A stretch of DNA of 64,000 nucleotides. It comes from Antedon mediterranea (taxonomy: Eukaryota > Animalia > Echinodermata). The number at the start of each line of letters is the position of its first letter. Within the stretch, counting starts at the first letter, position 1. Below the pieces are notes generated by a model. The model saw only the letters and a list, made by a program, of their open reading frames with translations, was not told the DNA's origin and did not search any database. The stretch spans positions 7,394,422 through 7,458,421 of the forward strand of contig NC_092678.1 of assembly GCF_964355755.1 (NCBI RefSeq). Reading direction: 5' to 3'. Below, one piece after another: positions 39,501 to 54,500 of the stretch. The position numbers and the translations under genes were made by a program.

Positions 39501-42500
39501 TTTTCTAAAAGGTTTCACTAAAAAAACATTATTTAATATTAATTTTATTTTTTAATATATATTTTTATGAAAACAAATATAATGGGGTTGTAGCTTGGTG
39601 GTTAAAATCCTTGGCTACCAATCCAACGGTTGTGTGTTCAAGTCCCGTCATATGTGATTTTCTCATGAGAAAAATGCTCCACTTTTAAAGGACTTTAATC
39701 ATCTTGTGAAATCTGTTCAACTGAAATTGAAACTTTAAGAAGGATAGTGAATGAATTCACTTATTGTTATGGCTAAAAATTTAATTTAGAAACATATATT
39801 TTAAAAAGAAATAATTAAAGATTCCTCCAAAGCCTGTTGAAGAGTTTACTAATCATCGAGGCGCATTTGTTGTATGTCACTTAGCAGTAGTAAATTTGAC
39901 AGTTAAATAAATACCATCCATAACATGAATTCCTAAATCCAAAGTCAAACGTGCCGCTAATTGTAAATACATGCTATCTGTTAATTAGCACATCATTCAT
40001 TGTTCCAATCAAAACATTCATTCATTTTATTCCGGCTTCATTATGATGCAATCAAAACAACAACCAATGAAATATTTAAAATAACATTCAGGTGAAAACA
40101 TTTTCGGAAATGCATGAAACTTTTCAACAAATAATTTTAACTCACTTATGTTAAGCTCTGTCTACACTATAAAACTTTATGTGACATGTCCATATATGGA
40201 CACATCACATTTTCTGTCACATACAGTTTGATAGTGTGGACAGAGCTGGTCTCATGTCTACATTAAAATGTGCTCACCTCTGGTCTTGGTATGGCAAAAT
40301 TAGGTAAGAATGAAATCTATGAATTTGAGCAACGATGTTACTTTTTTAATATACTCATTCTCCATGTTTTTTTTTTACATTCTGGCCATAGAGAGGGCAG
40401 GCTCTGTGTGGACGTAGCTTTATTTTTTAAATATTTTTTACATTCTGGCCATAGAGAGGGCAGGCTCTGTGTGGACGTAGCTTTATTTTTTAAATATTTT
40501 ATATATTAAGAGATAACTTACTTATCCTTGTTACTGTTTCACTTGTTAAATGTAAATCATATTGTAATGGAACCATTTTATAGCCAATCGCTGTTATTTA
40601 TATTCTCACAAATTTATATGTGAATTTTTACTATCGCATTTTAAAGGATCAATATTTTATATTTACTTAACAACATGTCTAATATTACACATTGTGTAAA
40701 TCAAATGATATAGTTACACATTTCATTTCTAATTTGTCAACGCAATGCATGTCATGTCAACTTCTAATATAGTATCAGTCAATTTGGGACATCACTATTC
40801 AGGGGACATAGGCAGATCCAAGGGGAGAAGCCATCCAAGACCCATCTAAATTTCACGATTAGGTTCATTCAAGCCCTTTACAATTAAGCCCTGGGGACAC
40901 TCTTATTAAGTGGACATTTTTCATGAAATGAACAAAACACGGCCAACTCCTATGCAGGGGCAACCCAACATTTTGTTGGCTTTCAACCGTTTTCATTTAA
41001 AATGGATACTTTTATGTGTTTTTTAATTTAATTGATTACAGATCTGACAAAATAAAGTAAAAATATACACAAAAAACGTATCATATTATGACGAAATTTT
41101 TTTTATAATACTACATTCAATTTTCAATCCAGAAATAAAATAAATAAAATTAAAATAATATAAAATTTAAAAAATATTTTTTATTTAAATTGTTATCAAG
41201 TATTAAATTAAAGATGTATAAGATAATGACAAGTAACGCAAAAATCATGACAACAGCAGGTGGATTAAGCAAGATAATAATGACATAAAAAACAGGTTAA
41301 GCATCATATCGCTATGGTTACAAGAAATTCAATTTCCTAGAAAAAAAATTGTTATTTAAAAATATTTTAAAAACAATCTATTAATGAAAATGGAGTTTAG
41401 GTAGAAGGAAGATTAAGCTGAAATTAATTTGATTTTAATAAGGTAAATGTAAATAATGCTTAGGTTAGTTGGGAGTTCAAGAGACTAACCTGGATAAATT
41501 CTCACAACTAATCTTTATTAGGCTAATACTGTAATCTTATTTACAATTTCTACACAATTTTACTACAACTAAATAAAGGTAATGGATATCGAACTAGCAT
41601 ATGATATTGAGGAGGTATTGGTTCGAGACCTGTCTGTGCCATGTTGCTTGTACCCTAGACAAGTTGTTTTATTAATATCATTGCCTCATCCTTCCGATAG
41701 GATGTAAAGGTACTGGTCATACATATCACAAACAATGAACTTTGTATCAGCATCAGGAAGCATGAATATAACCTACCATCATGCATACATAAAATAACGA
41801 AAATCCATCTGTTTCATACACAAAATACTTTTATAATTGCCACATCCTTCAGAAGGGATGTAAAGCATGGTCCTGTGTACACTTTAAAGAACTAAGTTGA
41901 AAATTATTTGAAGAAAGCAGACCTTGTCTTAAAATTATAGGTGTGCTACAAATTGCACTTCTCAATACATTCAGGGATGCTGTAGGTGTGCTGTTTGTAT
42001 TTTGGTGTGTAGAAGTTTACCAAATTTCTGGGGCGGATCCAGACATTTTTTAGAGGGGGGGTCCGCCAATAAAAAGGGCACATCAGATATTGAGTATTTG
42101 AGCCACAGCCCCCCATGGTGGGGGTTGTGGCGAAGCGAATTTTGTTACAGGACACACTTAGATGGCCGGAAATGGCACTTTCGCACGCAAAATCCATGAT
42201 AAATGGCACCTTTCTAGTTCGCCGGAAATGACACTTATTAGCAGGGATAACGATGCAAAATTAAAAGTTGTTATTTTTCAACCAATTTAAACATTATCTG
42301 TTGGTATTTTGTTTCAATATTCCAATAAAGAATCTGACTTGTAGTATTCGAAATATAGGGTCTAAAACATTGCCGAAAATGATCGTTTTTAGCCACGAAC
42401 GTTGTAAACAAATTGCGCCATTTTTCGCTAAAATAATTACATATAATTACGTTTTATAGTAATTTCTTTTATATATCAACATTGGAAATATCAATAAAAT

Positions 42501-45500
42501 ATGTTATTAAATGTTTATAAAATATATAGAGTTGTTTATTTAACGGAATTCGTACAAATTCATTGCTCTAAATTTGTGTAGTACCGTTCAGTACAGAGAG
42601 ATCACGTGACTTCTTGGTACATGCGAGAGAAAACATTCCGCTGTGGGTGATTCGCGTCCACCAATCAAATAGCCAGAATCCAAAATCATTCAACCGTGAG
42701 CTCTGCCGATCGCGGGAAAGCTCAGCTTTGATTGGCTTACGATGACATCATATCACAAAATGGTGGTTTTGTAGTTGAGCCTCACATAATTTTCACAAAT
42801 ATTGTTTCAAAAATGAAATAAATGAACCTTCTTTATGGTATGTGTGATTTTTCTTTAAAAGATTTGAATAATAAAGGCTTCATATCGAGAAAAAAACATT
42901 TTTTTGGCACTTATAATAAATATTTCTCAGAGAAAAAAGCACATGGCTTCAACTTGTAGAACTATATTATCTTGGCATAGGAAGACAAACAAATCCCAGG
43001 TCATGAGAGGCTCAACTACAAAAACAAGGTTGAATAGTGTAATTTCGATGATGTTTTAGTAAACAATCTACCGCGTATGGTCGTACGCGCTAGATAGTAC
43101 GATATTTTAACTACATTTTTTACATGTTTGGTTGGATGTAATGGAAATAAAAAATAGTTGATCTGATGGAATGATATGTAAATAAACAAATACTCAAAAG
43201 AATTATGTTTACAGTTCAATTATTTTCAGAATAATAATACATAAAAATGTGTTTACCAATGGACAAATAATCGCGTCAATGACATAGCGCGCATGGTAAC
43301 GTACGTGGAGTTGAATCGTAAAAAGTTTACATGCGCCCTCTGTAGTATGTGAAACGATCTATTTTTAGAAGTTTAAGTATAGAGATCATCACGCGTCACC
43401 ACCTCTCACGATGCTCTTTGATCGGCCGCCGTAACTTAACATCGCGCTCATTGTGATAAATTTCTGTTTTTATTTTTGGGGTTAGTGTGCTGTGCATACT
43501 AATATACACACAAATATGTCACACAAATAAAATATTGAACCTTAAAATTTAGGGGGGGTCCGGACCCCGTGGACCCCCCCTCTGGATCCGCCCCAGCAAA
43601 TTTAAGCGTGTTGTAAATCGCACTCCTCAAGGGCGGTTTAGGAGTGTGTTAGGTGAGTGATCGCACTAGCTCGCCTTTAAAGACAAGGTCTGAAAGAGAG
43701 GTTACTCTATCATGTGAACATGGGAGAGAATGAAGAATTGCGCACAGGTGTGGACGACACATATCTCCCAGTGTGCTGATTTCAGTTTTGCATTGGGCAC
43801 TCTTGTGAGAACTGTATAATGTACATTAAAGAAGAAATAAATAATACATAAATATCACTTTTTACTTCAAAATCTATGTTCTAAATATGAATAACATGAA
43901 TTTATAATAATATAATCATAATAATTTTAAATTTTAAATCAAGTACATGTAGTAGATTTTAAAAGCAGTTGAAGTTTTTTTAAGATGGCTGTAAGATCAA
44001 AGGAGAATAGCAACAACACTCATTCATCTATTATTTCGATAATATTTGTTTTACGATTCAAGTCGTAGACGTGCAGTTATGCTAATGTGCGGAGTTAATT
44101 TCAAAAAGAATACTAAATCATGTTTACTACACTCTTCTGATATTGCATCAATGTAATTCAAAGACAGCTATAAAGACCTATTTGTTATCTTTCCATGGCT
44201 ATGTAGCGAAATTTACACTATAAGATAATTCTTTATTACCATATATAGGAGAGGAGGAGAAATGCTGTTAAATCTTTCTGTTGATTCATTGTCCCTCCTC
44301 CCCTACTTTCCGTTCATTCAGATCTTACACTTTTTAAAGATTTGTTTTCATTTTTCTTTTATTAAATGCAAGCATGGAAAGTTTGTATATTACATTATTT
44401 TCTTTAAAATATTTGTTTCATCCAGTTATGTTTTTTCTACCTGGTGGTTGTTTTACTTACAAATACTCTATAGCATACTTTATTCGATATTATGAATTTA
44501 CAGTCAATGAGAACAAATATGACTAGTATATGAGTTCCATCTCACAAGGTATTATATTTTTTTAAAGACAATTTTGAATGTTAATAATTAATCCAGGTAA
44601 TTCAAACTGATTGGATAATAAAGAAATTATTCCACAATACAAAATTTGGTCAAGGGTAATAATAATAATAAATGTACTGTACAAAACAGAAAAATATAAA
44701 AATTGTATATATCTTTTAATTTATATAATGCATGAACCGGGAATGAAAATGTCAAAAGGTCATTTGGTAATATAAAACCAAACTCAAACATTATGATGAA
44801 AAGGGAATGATAGAAATGATCTATCATCAAGTAGCAATCGGTAAAACACGACTAATTGGTAAAAGGCGATTCAGAAATGCAGATATCTGGCACTTTTCCT
44901 ACAAATACCATTTCGTTCTTCCAATAAAACATTCATTAAAAAATATCTATAGAATAAATATGACTTATTGGGAGTCATAGAAACCAGAGGCAATGCCAGA
45001 AAACGCCATTATTCTGCTTCTTGTCAAATGTATTGATGCGCAGTGATCAAAGTGTTATTATGGTATAGTAATATTCAAGAAAAACATTAGGAAAGTACAC
45101 ACATAGGTTAAAGATATACAACACATATTTATCTGAACTGGCCAATATCATTATAAACCATGTTAATTATCAAATATATATATATAATTATAAAATAATT
45201 TGTAAAAACGATATTAGTATTTTAGTTTGACGTACTTTCCTTGTTTATTATTATCAGAAAAAAAATTGTTTTTATAAAAAATGTTCAGGGCTTTTTATTC
45301 ATAACTTCGCTGTTGACTATACTGTAGGTTGCTATGACTATGAAATAGAAACCAAATGAATTTATCAATATTCATATAGATCTTGCAATAGAATTTATTT
45401 AAGGACTGACATACTTGTATTTAAAAAAATGCTTGCTTGCTGGTCTTAAAAATTGAACACCAAGCTAGTGATCTGGAGGTTAAGGATTCAAATCGCATTT

Positions 45501-48500
45501 AAAAATCAGACATGTATTCACAAATGTACAATATTTGGTAAACATTTTGTCCGAGTTATTTTTTTCCAATTTTTCCAAAAACTAATTCTAAGCTCACATC
45601 GCAAACATTAAGATATACATACAGGAAATAGTATGATTTTGAATATTTGTATTTAGAGCATGGAATTAAACATTCTTATGAGTTCATAGATTCTTTCTTA
45701 GAAGTTGACATTTAATCAAACAAGAAATTGTTATTTATGAATTAATAATTAAAGATGTACTTTTGAAATAAATTTAATGTAAATTTCATGAATAAATTAT
45801 CCAATCAATAAACTTATTGTATGTACTCATTTTTCTCAAAGCCATATATTATCAATAAAAAGATAAATTGATTATGCTGATAAAAATGCTTTGAAATGAC
45901 AAAAAAAAAATGTATTATGAATTTTAAAATAATTGTAATTATTATCATGAATAAAAAAGTAATTTTTCATAAATTTCAATTGTACTTGAGTGAGTTTATA
46001 AAGTGAATAGGTTAATAAAAGTGACTAGGTTAATAAAAGTGACAAGGTTAATAAAAGTGACTAGGTTAATAAAAGTTATAAAGTTTATAAAGTGACTAGG
46101 TTAATAAAAGTGACTAGGTTAATAAAAGTGACAATGTTTATAAAGTGACTAGGTTAATAAAAGTGACAATTTTTTTTTAAATGACTAGTTAAAAAACAAG
46201 TGACTAGGTTAACACAAGTGATTAGGTTAACCCAAATAACTAGGTTAACACAAATGACTACATTAACAGAAGTGACAAAATAAAATCTAATGTAAAGGAA
46301 TGCAAATTACACGACAAATCACAAAACCTTGTCACTTTTCATATGTAACGTTAAGCATTAGTCTAAAATCATAGCTGTTGATCTAATCTGTACACTCGTC
46401 AAGCTGACGATAATGAATTACTTGTGTCATTTCTGTCTTTGTATAATTAAACATGCATCAGTTATACTGATACTATAGTCTGGAGATCATGTTATTAACG
46501 CCAATATGCTATCCGCTGGCCTACATGCGAGTTAGTAATAAACCCAATTAGCAAATCGTTTACGCATTTCAGCTTAAGTTCATCGCTAGCCTAGCTCTGC
46601 ATACGTGATTTCTATCATAAACAAGCTGTTTTAAAAAAACTTTATAATTCTAATTTATACTACCGTATGAAGAACTGGAATTTAAGTTAACCGTCTTCAA
46701 AAAAAGTTTATTTTTGTTTTTTCTTTATAAAAATTATGAAAAATATTACTTATAATTATCATATATTATATTATTATTTATTTTATTAAATATTATTAAA
46801 CAGAAATTAAAATTTCTGATCAATAATATTAAATTATAATGGTTTAAAACTAAATGATATGATCTATGTATTTACCTGCTTTAGTAAAATTATATTCTCT
46901 AGGGTCAAAGTTCAAATATATGCTCAAAGGACCAATGAGGAGGTGGTAAAAGACAGTGATACCAAGCCAATAGTCACATGTCATCACTTGTACTGTATTT
47001 CCCTATTAAATACTCATTGAACTTCAGATACTTGATAGTAATTTACTAGAGAACCATGTCCAAATAAACAAGTCTCAAATTTTTTTTCACAAATCACTTT
47101 AAAAGATTTTGGAGAAACACTGATCTTAATTTTTAAAAATACTTTTATTTATAAAGTTTGGTTCGCACTCGGATATAACGCATTGGCATATTGTAATTTG
47201 ATGAATAGTTGAATTTGTAGGATGATCATCTATTGCTAGTGATTGGTCAAATTACTTTCGTGGAAACTTATAACAAAATAATTCTTACAAAGTTATATAA
47301 TATCTAAAATCAAAATGTAGAATTACTATACTGTCTGTAGTAGTAACTGCAGTAAAATAGTTTTGGTGTGATCCTTTATCAAACTCATTTTCTTCAGACT
47401 CTTCCTAACTAATAAACCTTTGTTAATAATCCTATAAATATGAAATACTGTTGAAATATTGTTTAATATGAAGTAATATGAATAAAGTATAGAATTACTG
47501 AATAATATTTTAAAATAAGAACCTATTCTAAAGAGACCAACAAATGGCTACCAAGGGTAAAATAGAAAGTTAAAAGGCTAGAGCACCTGTTAATAAACTA
47601 TAACATGAAAGAAAGTATTTGAAATGTGGTATAATGTAACCATGGTAATATCAATTTGTGATGGTCTTACTAGGGACAAGGTCATGTCATCACCTAGACA
47701 CAAATATCCTCAAACTAACAAATCCCAATTATGGTGTAATTTTGTAAACAGGAGTATTTTATATGACTTTGTAGGCAAACTGTTGAAATATGTCTTGTTT
47801 TATTACCCACTGTTTATAGTTGAAATTCAGGATATAAAAGGGCACTCAGCTTTGGTCCATTATTCCATTGGGACTTTTTTGAAAAATATTTTCCATTGAA
47901 GTTGAAAAGTTAGGAACTAAATTCACATTCTGAACTTTACATTTCTTTACATTTTTTATAACATAAAATTAAATAGAATATTCTTAACAGAAAGCCAGAG
48001 TAATTAATCAAACATTACTTTCATCAACATGGTTAAAAATGACACACTTAGAAATGTTTCCTTTGTCTAAATATTTGCAATATAAAGGAAATGGGTGGTA
48101 TTAAAATAAAATGGTTATCAATTTATAGTCACAGTATAATTAGTTAAACCTTTAATAATTTTAATTACCTGTACTTGTTTTAACTGTTTTTTGTTTGCTG
48201 TTATTTTATGTATAAATCTTCTTGAAGTATTTTTGATCAAAATTCAAATTATTAATTAATCCAGCTTATTAATTCATTCCATTGTATAAGCTGGATATCA
48301 AAATTTATAAATAATTGCAATTAATAATTTACTTAATAGGCTCATTGGAAGAAACTGTTAAATTGAATTTAATTTTTTATTATATTTTTGATTATTAAAC
48401 AGAATTTTTATTTTTAAAATCTAGATTATGTTGGTGGCAGCATACTATATCTATCCTGTTGCTAAAATCCCTCATAAATAATAATCATACTGGTCTACTC

Positions 48501-51500
48501 TAGCCTGCATCAAACACATACCATAATCAAAGTACATTCAGGCAGTGTCTACAAATGAAGAGAGCTGATTGGACAACAGCCACCGAAAATCAATAATTAC
48601 TGTGTAACAAAGCAAAGGGCTCTGTCACCCTATTGTTTACTTATGTGTACATGACTGGACTCGGTGTGTGTTCAATTGGATTGCATTAGCAAAGATGGTG
48701 GCATATAGCCTAATTGAATGAAAGCTTAGGGTTTGAATGGTGTGATAATTAAATTGGTTGCATAGAGATGGGTTATTAATGTTAATATTCTATATTAAGA
48801 TGTTCATATTGTTTTATCAATTGATTACATCCATAAAAATGAATAATTAATTTTAAAATATTGAAATTAAACTGATGAACTTAAACAGACCTACTTTATT
48901 AATGTATTTTTTTAGATGTAAATTTAAAAACACATCAATTAAAATGTTTCTGGTATTAGCGAAAATCATGATAGAGGTTGATAAAGCTCTGTCTGCAAAA
49001 GGTTCAAAGTTCAAATCATGATAGAGGTTGATAAAGCTCTTTCTGTAGAAGGTTCCAAGTTCAAATCCTGGTTGTGTGGCTTTTCCTCATTCTCACAAAT
49101 TAGAATTTCTTCTGTAAATGTTCTTTATAATAGATATCAAGCTCAGTGGTCTTATGGTAGGATGTCTACCTATTAAGCACTATCAAACTAGTTTGACAAA
49201 GAAAGATGTGATGTGGCAAAATATGGTATTGCTATACCAAAATATGGTAATGCTATACCAAAATATGGTAGTGATATGACATCATCGTGTCCATATATGG
49301 GCACATCACATTTTGTTGTCACATAAAGTTAGACAGTGTAGACAAAGACACAATAACAGACATAAAATTCAATTCTGACAAGTTTTTCAGAAGTATAGGT
49401 TGTACTGTATCCAATGTAACGTTAGACCACACATGAACCACAAGATTGACTGTATTTAAATCCTTTAAAGAACGTGATAACATAGCTTCAATCCTAAACA
49501 TGTGGCCATATGGTATTTACCTACTATTAAGATCATAAACCTATTTTCACGTACATCATGTTTACATCTGGAAAGACATCACAGAAACCGACTAAATAAA
49601 GTTTATTAATTACTCTCATAACTTATTTCATTATTTTCCAAAATAAACTAATAAATCAATAATATTATTATGGCTCATTGTACCAAAGACATTAAACGTG
49701 AATGCATTTATTATAAATAATACAAATTAATGGACTTTATTATTATTTTAAGTAAATTTTCTTTTGGATGATCCAAAGTCGAATAAAATAATTCGTAAAC
49801 TTACGTTTTTTACTCTAGCTTTCGCTGGTCAACGACGCAGCTTAATCATGAGTGAGTCTCTGTGACTTGGACTTGTTACCATTAGATCAGAGACGACGGC
49901 GGTTTGGAACTCCCAAAATTGTACAACAACTTACTAAAGAGGAGGCCCCGACAATCCCATTTGGGAAAACCTGAACGATCTATAGATGGCGCTATACCAT
50001 ATACGAGATCTAATGGTAACAAGTCCAAGTCACAGAGACTCACTCATGATTAAGCTGCGTCGTTGACCAGCGAAAGCTAGAGTAAAAAACGTAAGTTTAC
50101 GAATTTTATTCGACGTTGGATCATCCAAAAGAAAATTTACTTAAAATACTATACAGTGATCCAGATGAACCTTTTTATCTTTATTATTATTGTCAACATA
50201 GAAGACACTGACCACCCTATCCACTACTAATATAATTTAATAACAAATTAAACAGCCGATTTGCGGACAATATCACGTCTGATGATGTTAAACATTAAGG
50301 CCATACCATACCACAGAATCTAACTCCTAAATATTAATTAAAACCTTTAACCTAAACCTCTAAACAATTTGTCACTAAAACTACAGTATCCCACATGGGA
50401 TGAAGATTGCTGGCAATAGACATGATACTGCACGATGTTCAAGGTTGCTAGACTTGATACTGCATGTGTATCGGGTAAAATATTTCCTTTCCTTTACTAA
50501 ATGTTTGATTGCATCGTTATTAAATGTCATATGAAATACCATTAAGAGACTTTAATTTACACGAATGTGATTTATTTGATTCACATAAATACATTTATAA
50601 CTTTGTTTTTTTTTGCAATGCCGTATTTAAAAAACTTGTAACAATTTTTATAAGCTTGTAATTCTCTTTTTTACAATAAATTTTTTTCAAACTAGAAAAT
50701 AAATAGAAATAGCACAATGAAAATTGTAATTGTGATTATGTAACAATCTATTTTACGAATGTTTCTATAAATTGTATAATTAAAATCACAAATTTGATTC
50801 AATTATTGAATAGTTTGCAATAAAATTTCATTATTAATTATAGAATAAATTATATATTATAATTAAATTGTTAACGGCACTATAAAAACTTACTTCAAAT
50901 AAGCCACATTTTCAATTTATGCATACCGGGATAGACGTCAACATAAAATGGAAAATTAATAGCCTTTTGTAGCTTGGAACTACAGACAGCATCCAATGAG
51001 ATCTTTCATACAACAGGGATATCTTGTTACATTACTCATTATTGAATTCGTTTAATCTGCTATTGATGAAATAATAATCTTATTTTAGCTTAGAAACAGC
51101 CTTAAATTGGCTGCAAAAAATGAGCTTCAATTACAAATCTATTTTGATTATAATTTCCTATTCATAATTATTAAAAATTTATTATTTTTTCAATCAATTA
51201 TAATATAATATCAATTTTGACCTTATTAATATACAAATAATATTATTATTGTTTTTAATAATTTTTAAATTAATTTTATTAATCAATGTTGTATCAATTG
51301 AATTTTAGTAATCAACCGAAGAATAAAAATATTATTAACCTACATTGTTTATTAATCATTTTTAAATTAATTTTATTAATCGATGTTGTATCAATTGAAT
51401 TTTAGTCATCATTTTAATCATTAGTTATCAACAGAAGAATAAAAATAATGATTTTCTGGTAAAAAGTGATTAAACCAGTTTCTATGGTAACGGACGATCG

Positions 51501-54500
51501 ATTACAGCGTTTTGCATCATGTACCATTCAGAATGTTCTCCCTGAATATTTTAATTTTATAACAAAACATAATTTAAAATGTTAATATCAAGTATTTTCA
51601 TATTTCGTAATCATGTACCGAAAAAAAAAAATCAATTTTAATATTGTCATTTTGCCATGCGACTGTCAAAGTGTAAACATTTTACTAAATTAATAATTAA
51701 CCATATTTATACTTGTATTTTATTAGTTTTTATTTTGTATTTTATTTTATTTTTAAATTTTAATTTTATTTAAATGTAATTTGGAGCGATTTCTCAAAGG
51801 ATCTGTTTTGGTTTTAGCCTATTCTTACTCCTGATTAATTGAGTGCCCAAATAAATATTAAACCCATAAAAGTTAATCCTCTAAAAAGGAGAAACATTTT
51901 AAAAGAATAAACTTGTTTTTGTTTTTAAAAAATGTCAATTTGATCACGCTTTATAGAGATTATTTCAAATTTGAAAAGTTTCATTAACAAAACAAATAGT
52001 TTTATGGCATAAAAATTAGAACAATTCCATAACTTAATAATCGCTTCCAATTAAAATAATTATTCAACAATCACATTCCTCGATCAAACAATACGCATCT
52101 AAGAAAAACAATGCCATTGTAAAGATGAAAGGACAGCTTTTTTAAAGAACCCGGGGAGCATGTCTAACGCGACTATCAAAGACCTAACGAAGGGTGAACT
52201 AAATACTGTAAGCGTTTTTACAATTAGGCTCAAACAAGACCGATTCTGTTATAGGTGTCAATATCGTTGAAATCGAAACTGGCTTTCTTTAAGAATCGAG
52301 TTCTCACGACTGTATACTTATAAACAAGTACTGTAGCAATTTTATTTTAACAATGTATGTAGGTTTTGAATAGAAATTGTTATTTCTACCAGACCCTTAA
52401 AATTACTAATAGTTCAACAAATATGGAAAGTCCATATAATTATTATAGAGAGTAAAACACAATAAATATGGGCAAATAATCAAACCACCCGACATTGCTT
52501 GTGGGTTTATATATATTATTTTACTTCAAAAAAGGAATAATTTATTTTTTGGATTCATACTGTAGTATACAAATAATGAATGTTTATGAGTGCAATGGTA
52601 CAAATAATGGCACGAGGTGAATGATGAAAGGTTATATCAACGAGGCAAAGCCGAGTTGATATAACCTTTCATCATTCACCAAGTGCCATTATTTGTACCA
52701 TTACACGAATACAAAACATTCATTATTTGTTTTATATAACATCTAGACGTTTTTTTTTCGTACACAAAAATGTTTCAAAAAGTACTATTTAACGATCGTT
52801 GAATAGTGCGTACTATTGCACGCCATGTGACCCACATTCGTCCAATCAAATGACAGGAATTTATATAGGTGTTATATAATAAATAATATTATACTTTCTT
52901 ATTTTTATATTGATTAAGGTTTGTATGAGGCATAAACACTGTTTGAATCGCCTTGTATACTGCAAACTTTACTTCAGTTTTATACAATTTATTCAAGTAA
53001 ATCTTTGGAAAAGCATAGCAATAATTTCAATCTAAAAGCAGATCCAACAAGGATACAATTCCCCCAGACCTATACTGTACATCTCTTGGATATTAATGCT
53101 AAAATTACAAGTTCTATTCTGCTATATTTAGACTAAATATTGTAAACTTTGTTTGTGTTCTTAACAGACAAAATAAATGATATTATTCTACTCGAAGAGA
53201 GACGATTGTATTGCATGGATGGGAAAGTTGAATCCAGACAAACGACAACTGCAAGGATATATTTTCACAAACAAATGAAGCATACATTTCTTGCATCCAG
53301 GCGGCTGTTCTTAGATCCTTTCTCAATTGAAAGATAAAAGTACAATATTGATTATGCCATTTGTAGGCGATGTTTAGGAAAAGAGAAATTAGGTCCATGA
53401 TTGTTTGCTGGCTATGTTTCTAATGCATAACAACAAATAACCATCATTTAAAATAGATATAAAAAATAAAATTTAACAGATATTGTTTGTGTTAAGTTTG
53501 TGTTTGTTGCCGACTGTTACGACAGTGGAACCGTAATCCATAGCTATAAATATTGGGAAGGGCTCAATGCTCACTCATTACATGGTTCTGGTGATGGAAC
53601 AAGTCTTCTCGACAATAAGCTGTAGGCCCTTGTACACAAAATGGTCGTGTGAACTTTAAAGAACCTATTACATCTTTCAAGACGAATAGGGAGTTACAGT
53701 GCCAGTTCACATACAGCCACTGTTTTGGACAGGGAGGAGAGTGCTATAATTGGCTGCACTGACATGATGTGACCTTTATGGAGAAACATGTTTAATGAAA
53801 ATTGTAACATTTACGTCCATTAATTATTTGTTACGCGCCATAAAAAGCATATAATAAGGAGCAATAAAAATTGTGTACGTATGAAAGTGTTAGATCACAT
53901 GTGATGCATATGTGACAATGTATCATAGAAAAAGTTGTAGATACAGTACCGAGAAGCGGCACACAAGATAACTCTAAGAAATAAATAGTATTTTCTAATG
54001 GAATTCTACTAGAAAAAGCACATAATATAAACTTATTATCTTTATGAGCTTGAATGACTGCAAATTTGCAATAACATTAAACAGTAATATCCATAATGAC
54101 AATCGACAATAAAAACCGGGATAAGACATACAAACTTTACTCCATCGCACATCAATCATATTTACAGTCATGTATATGCAGGTGATTTCTCACCTGCTTT
54201 GACAATCCCACAATGCAACTACGCTATTGATCACCATACAGATTCAGTTTTGTAATTATAATTATCATTAGAATATACAAAATGAATATTTTTAGAACTT
54301 AAGGTATGAAGCTTATGTATGGATGGAATGGTTGATTTTAACCTTGACATATGATAAACTAATTTGTGAACTGAAGGTGGATAGGTCTCATCAATACACA
54401 TGTTCTTTATGTAATTGGATCATTTTCATCAGTACAAAATCATTAATCATACAATTTCACGGATCTAGAACTTCTATTAAAATGGTAATAACTTTCCTCA

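Noticed and set aside
39584-39655. Functional tRNA gene
   Set aside because: Acceptor stem does not pair cleanly and a diverged copy exists elsewhere in the window, so a SINE head is more likely.
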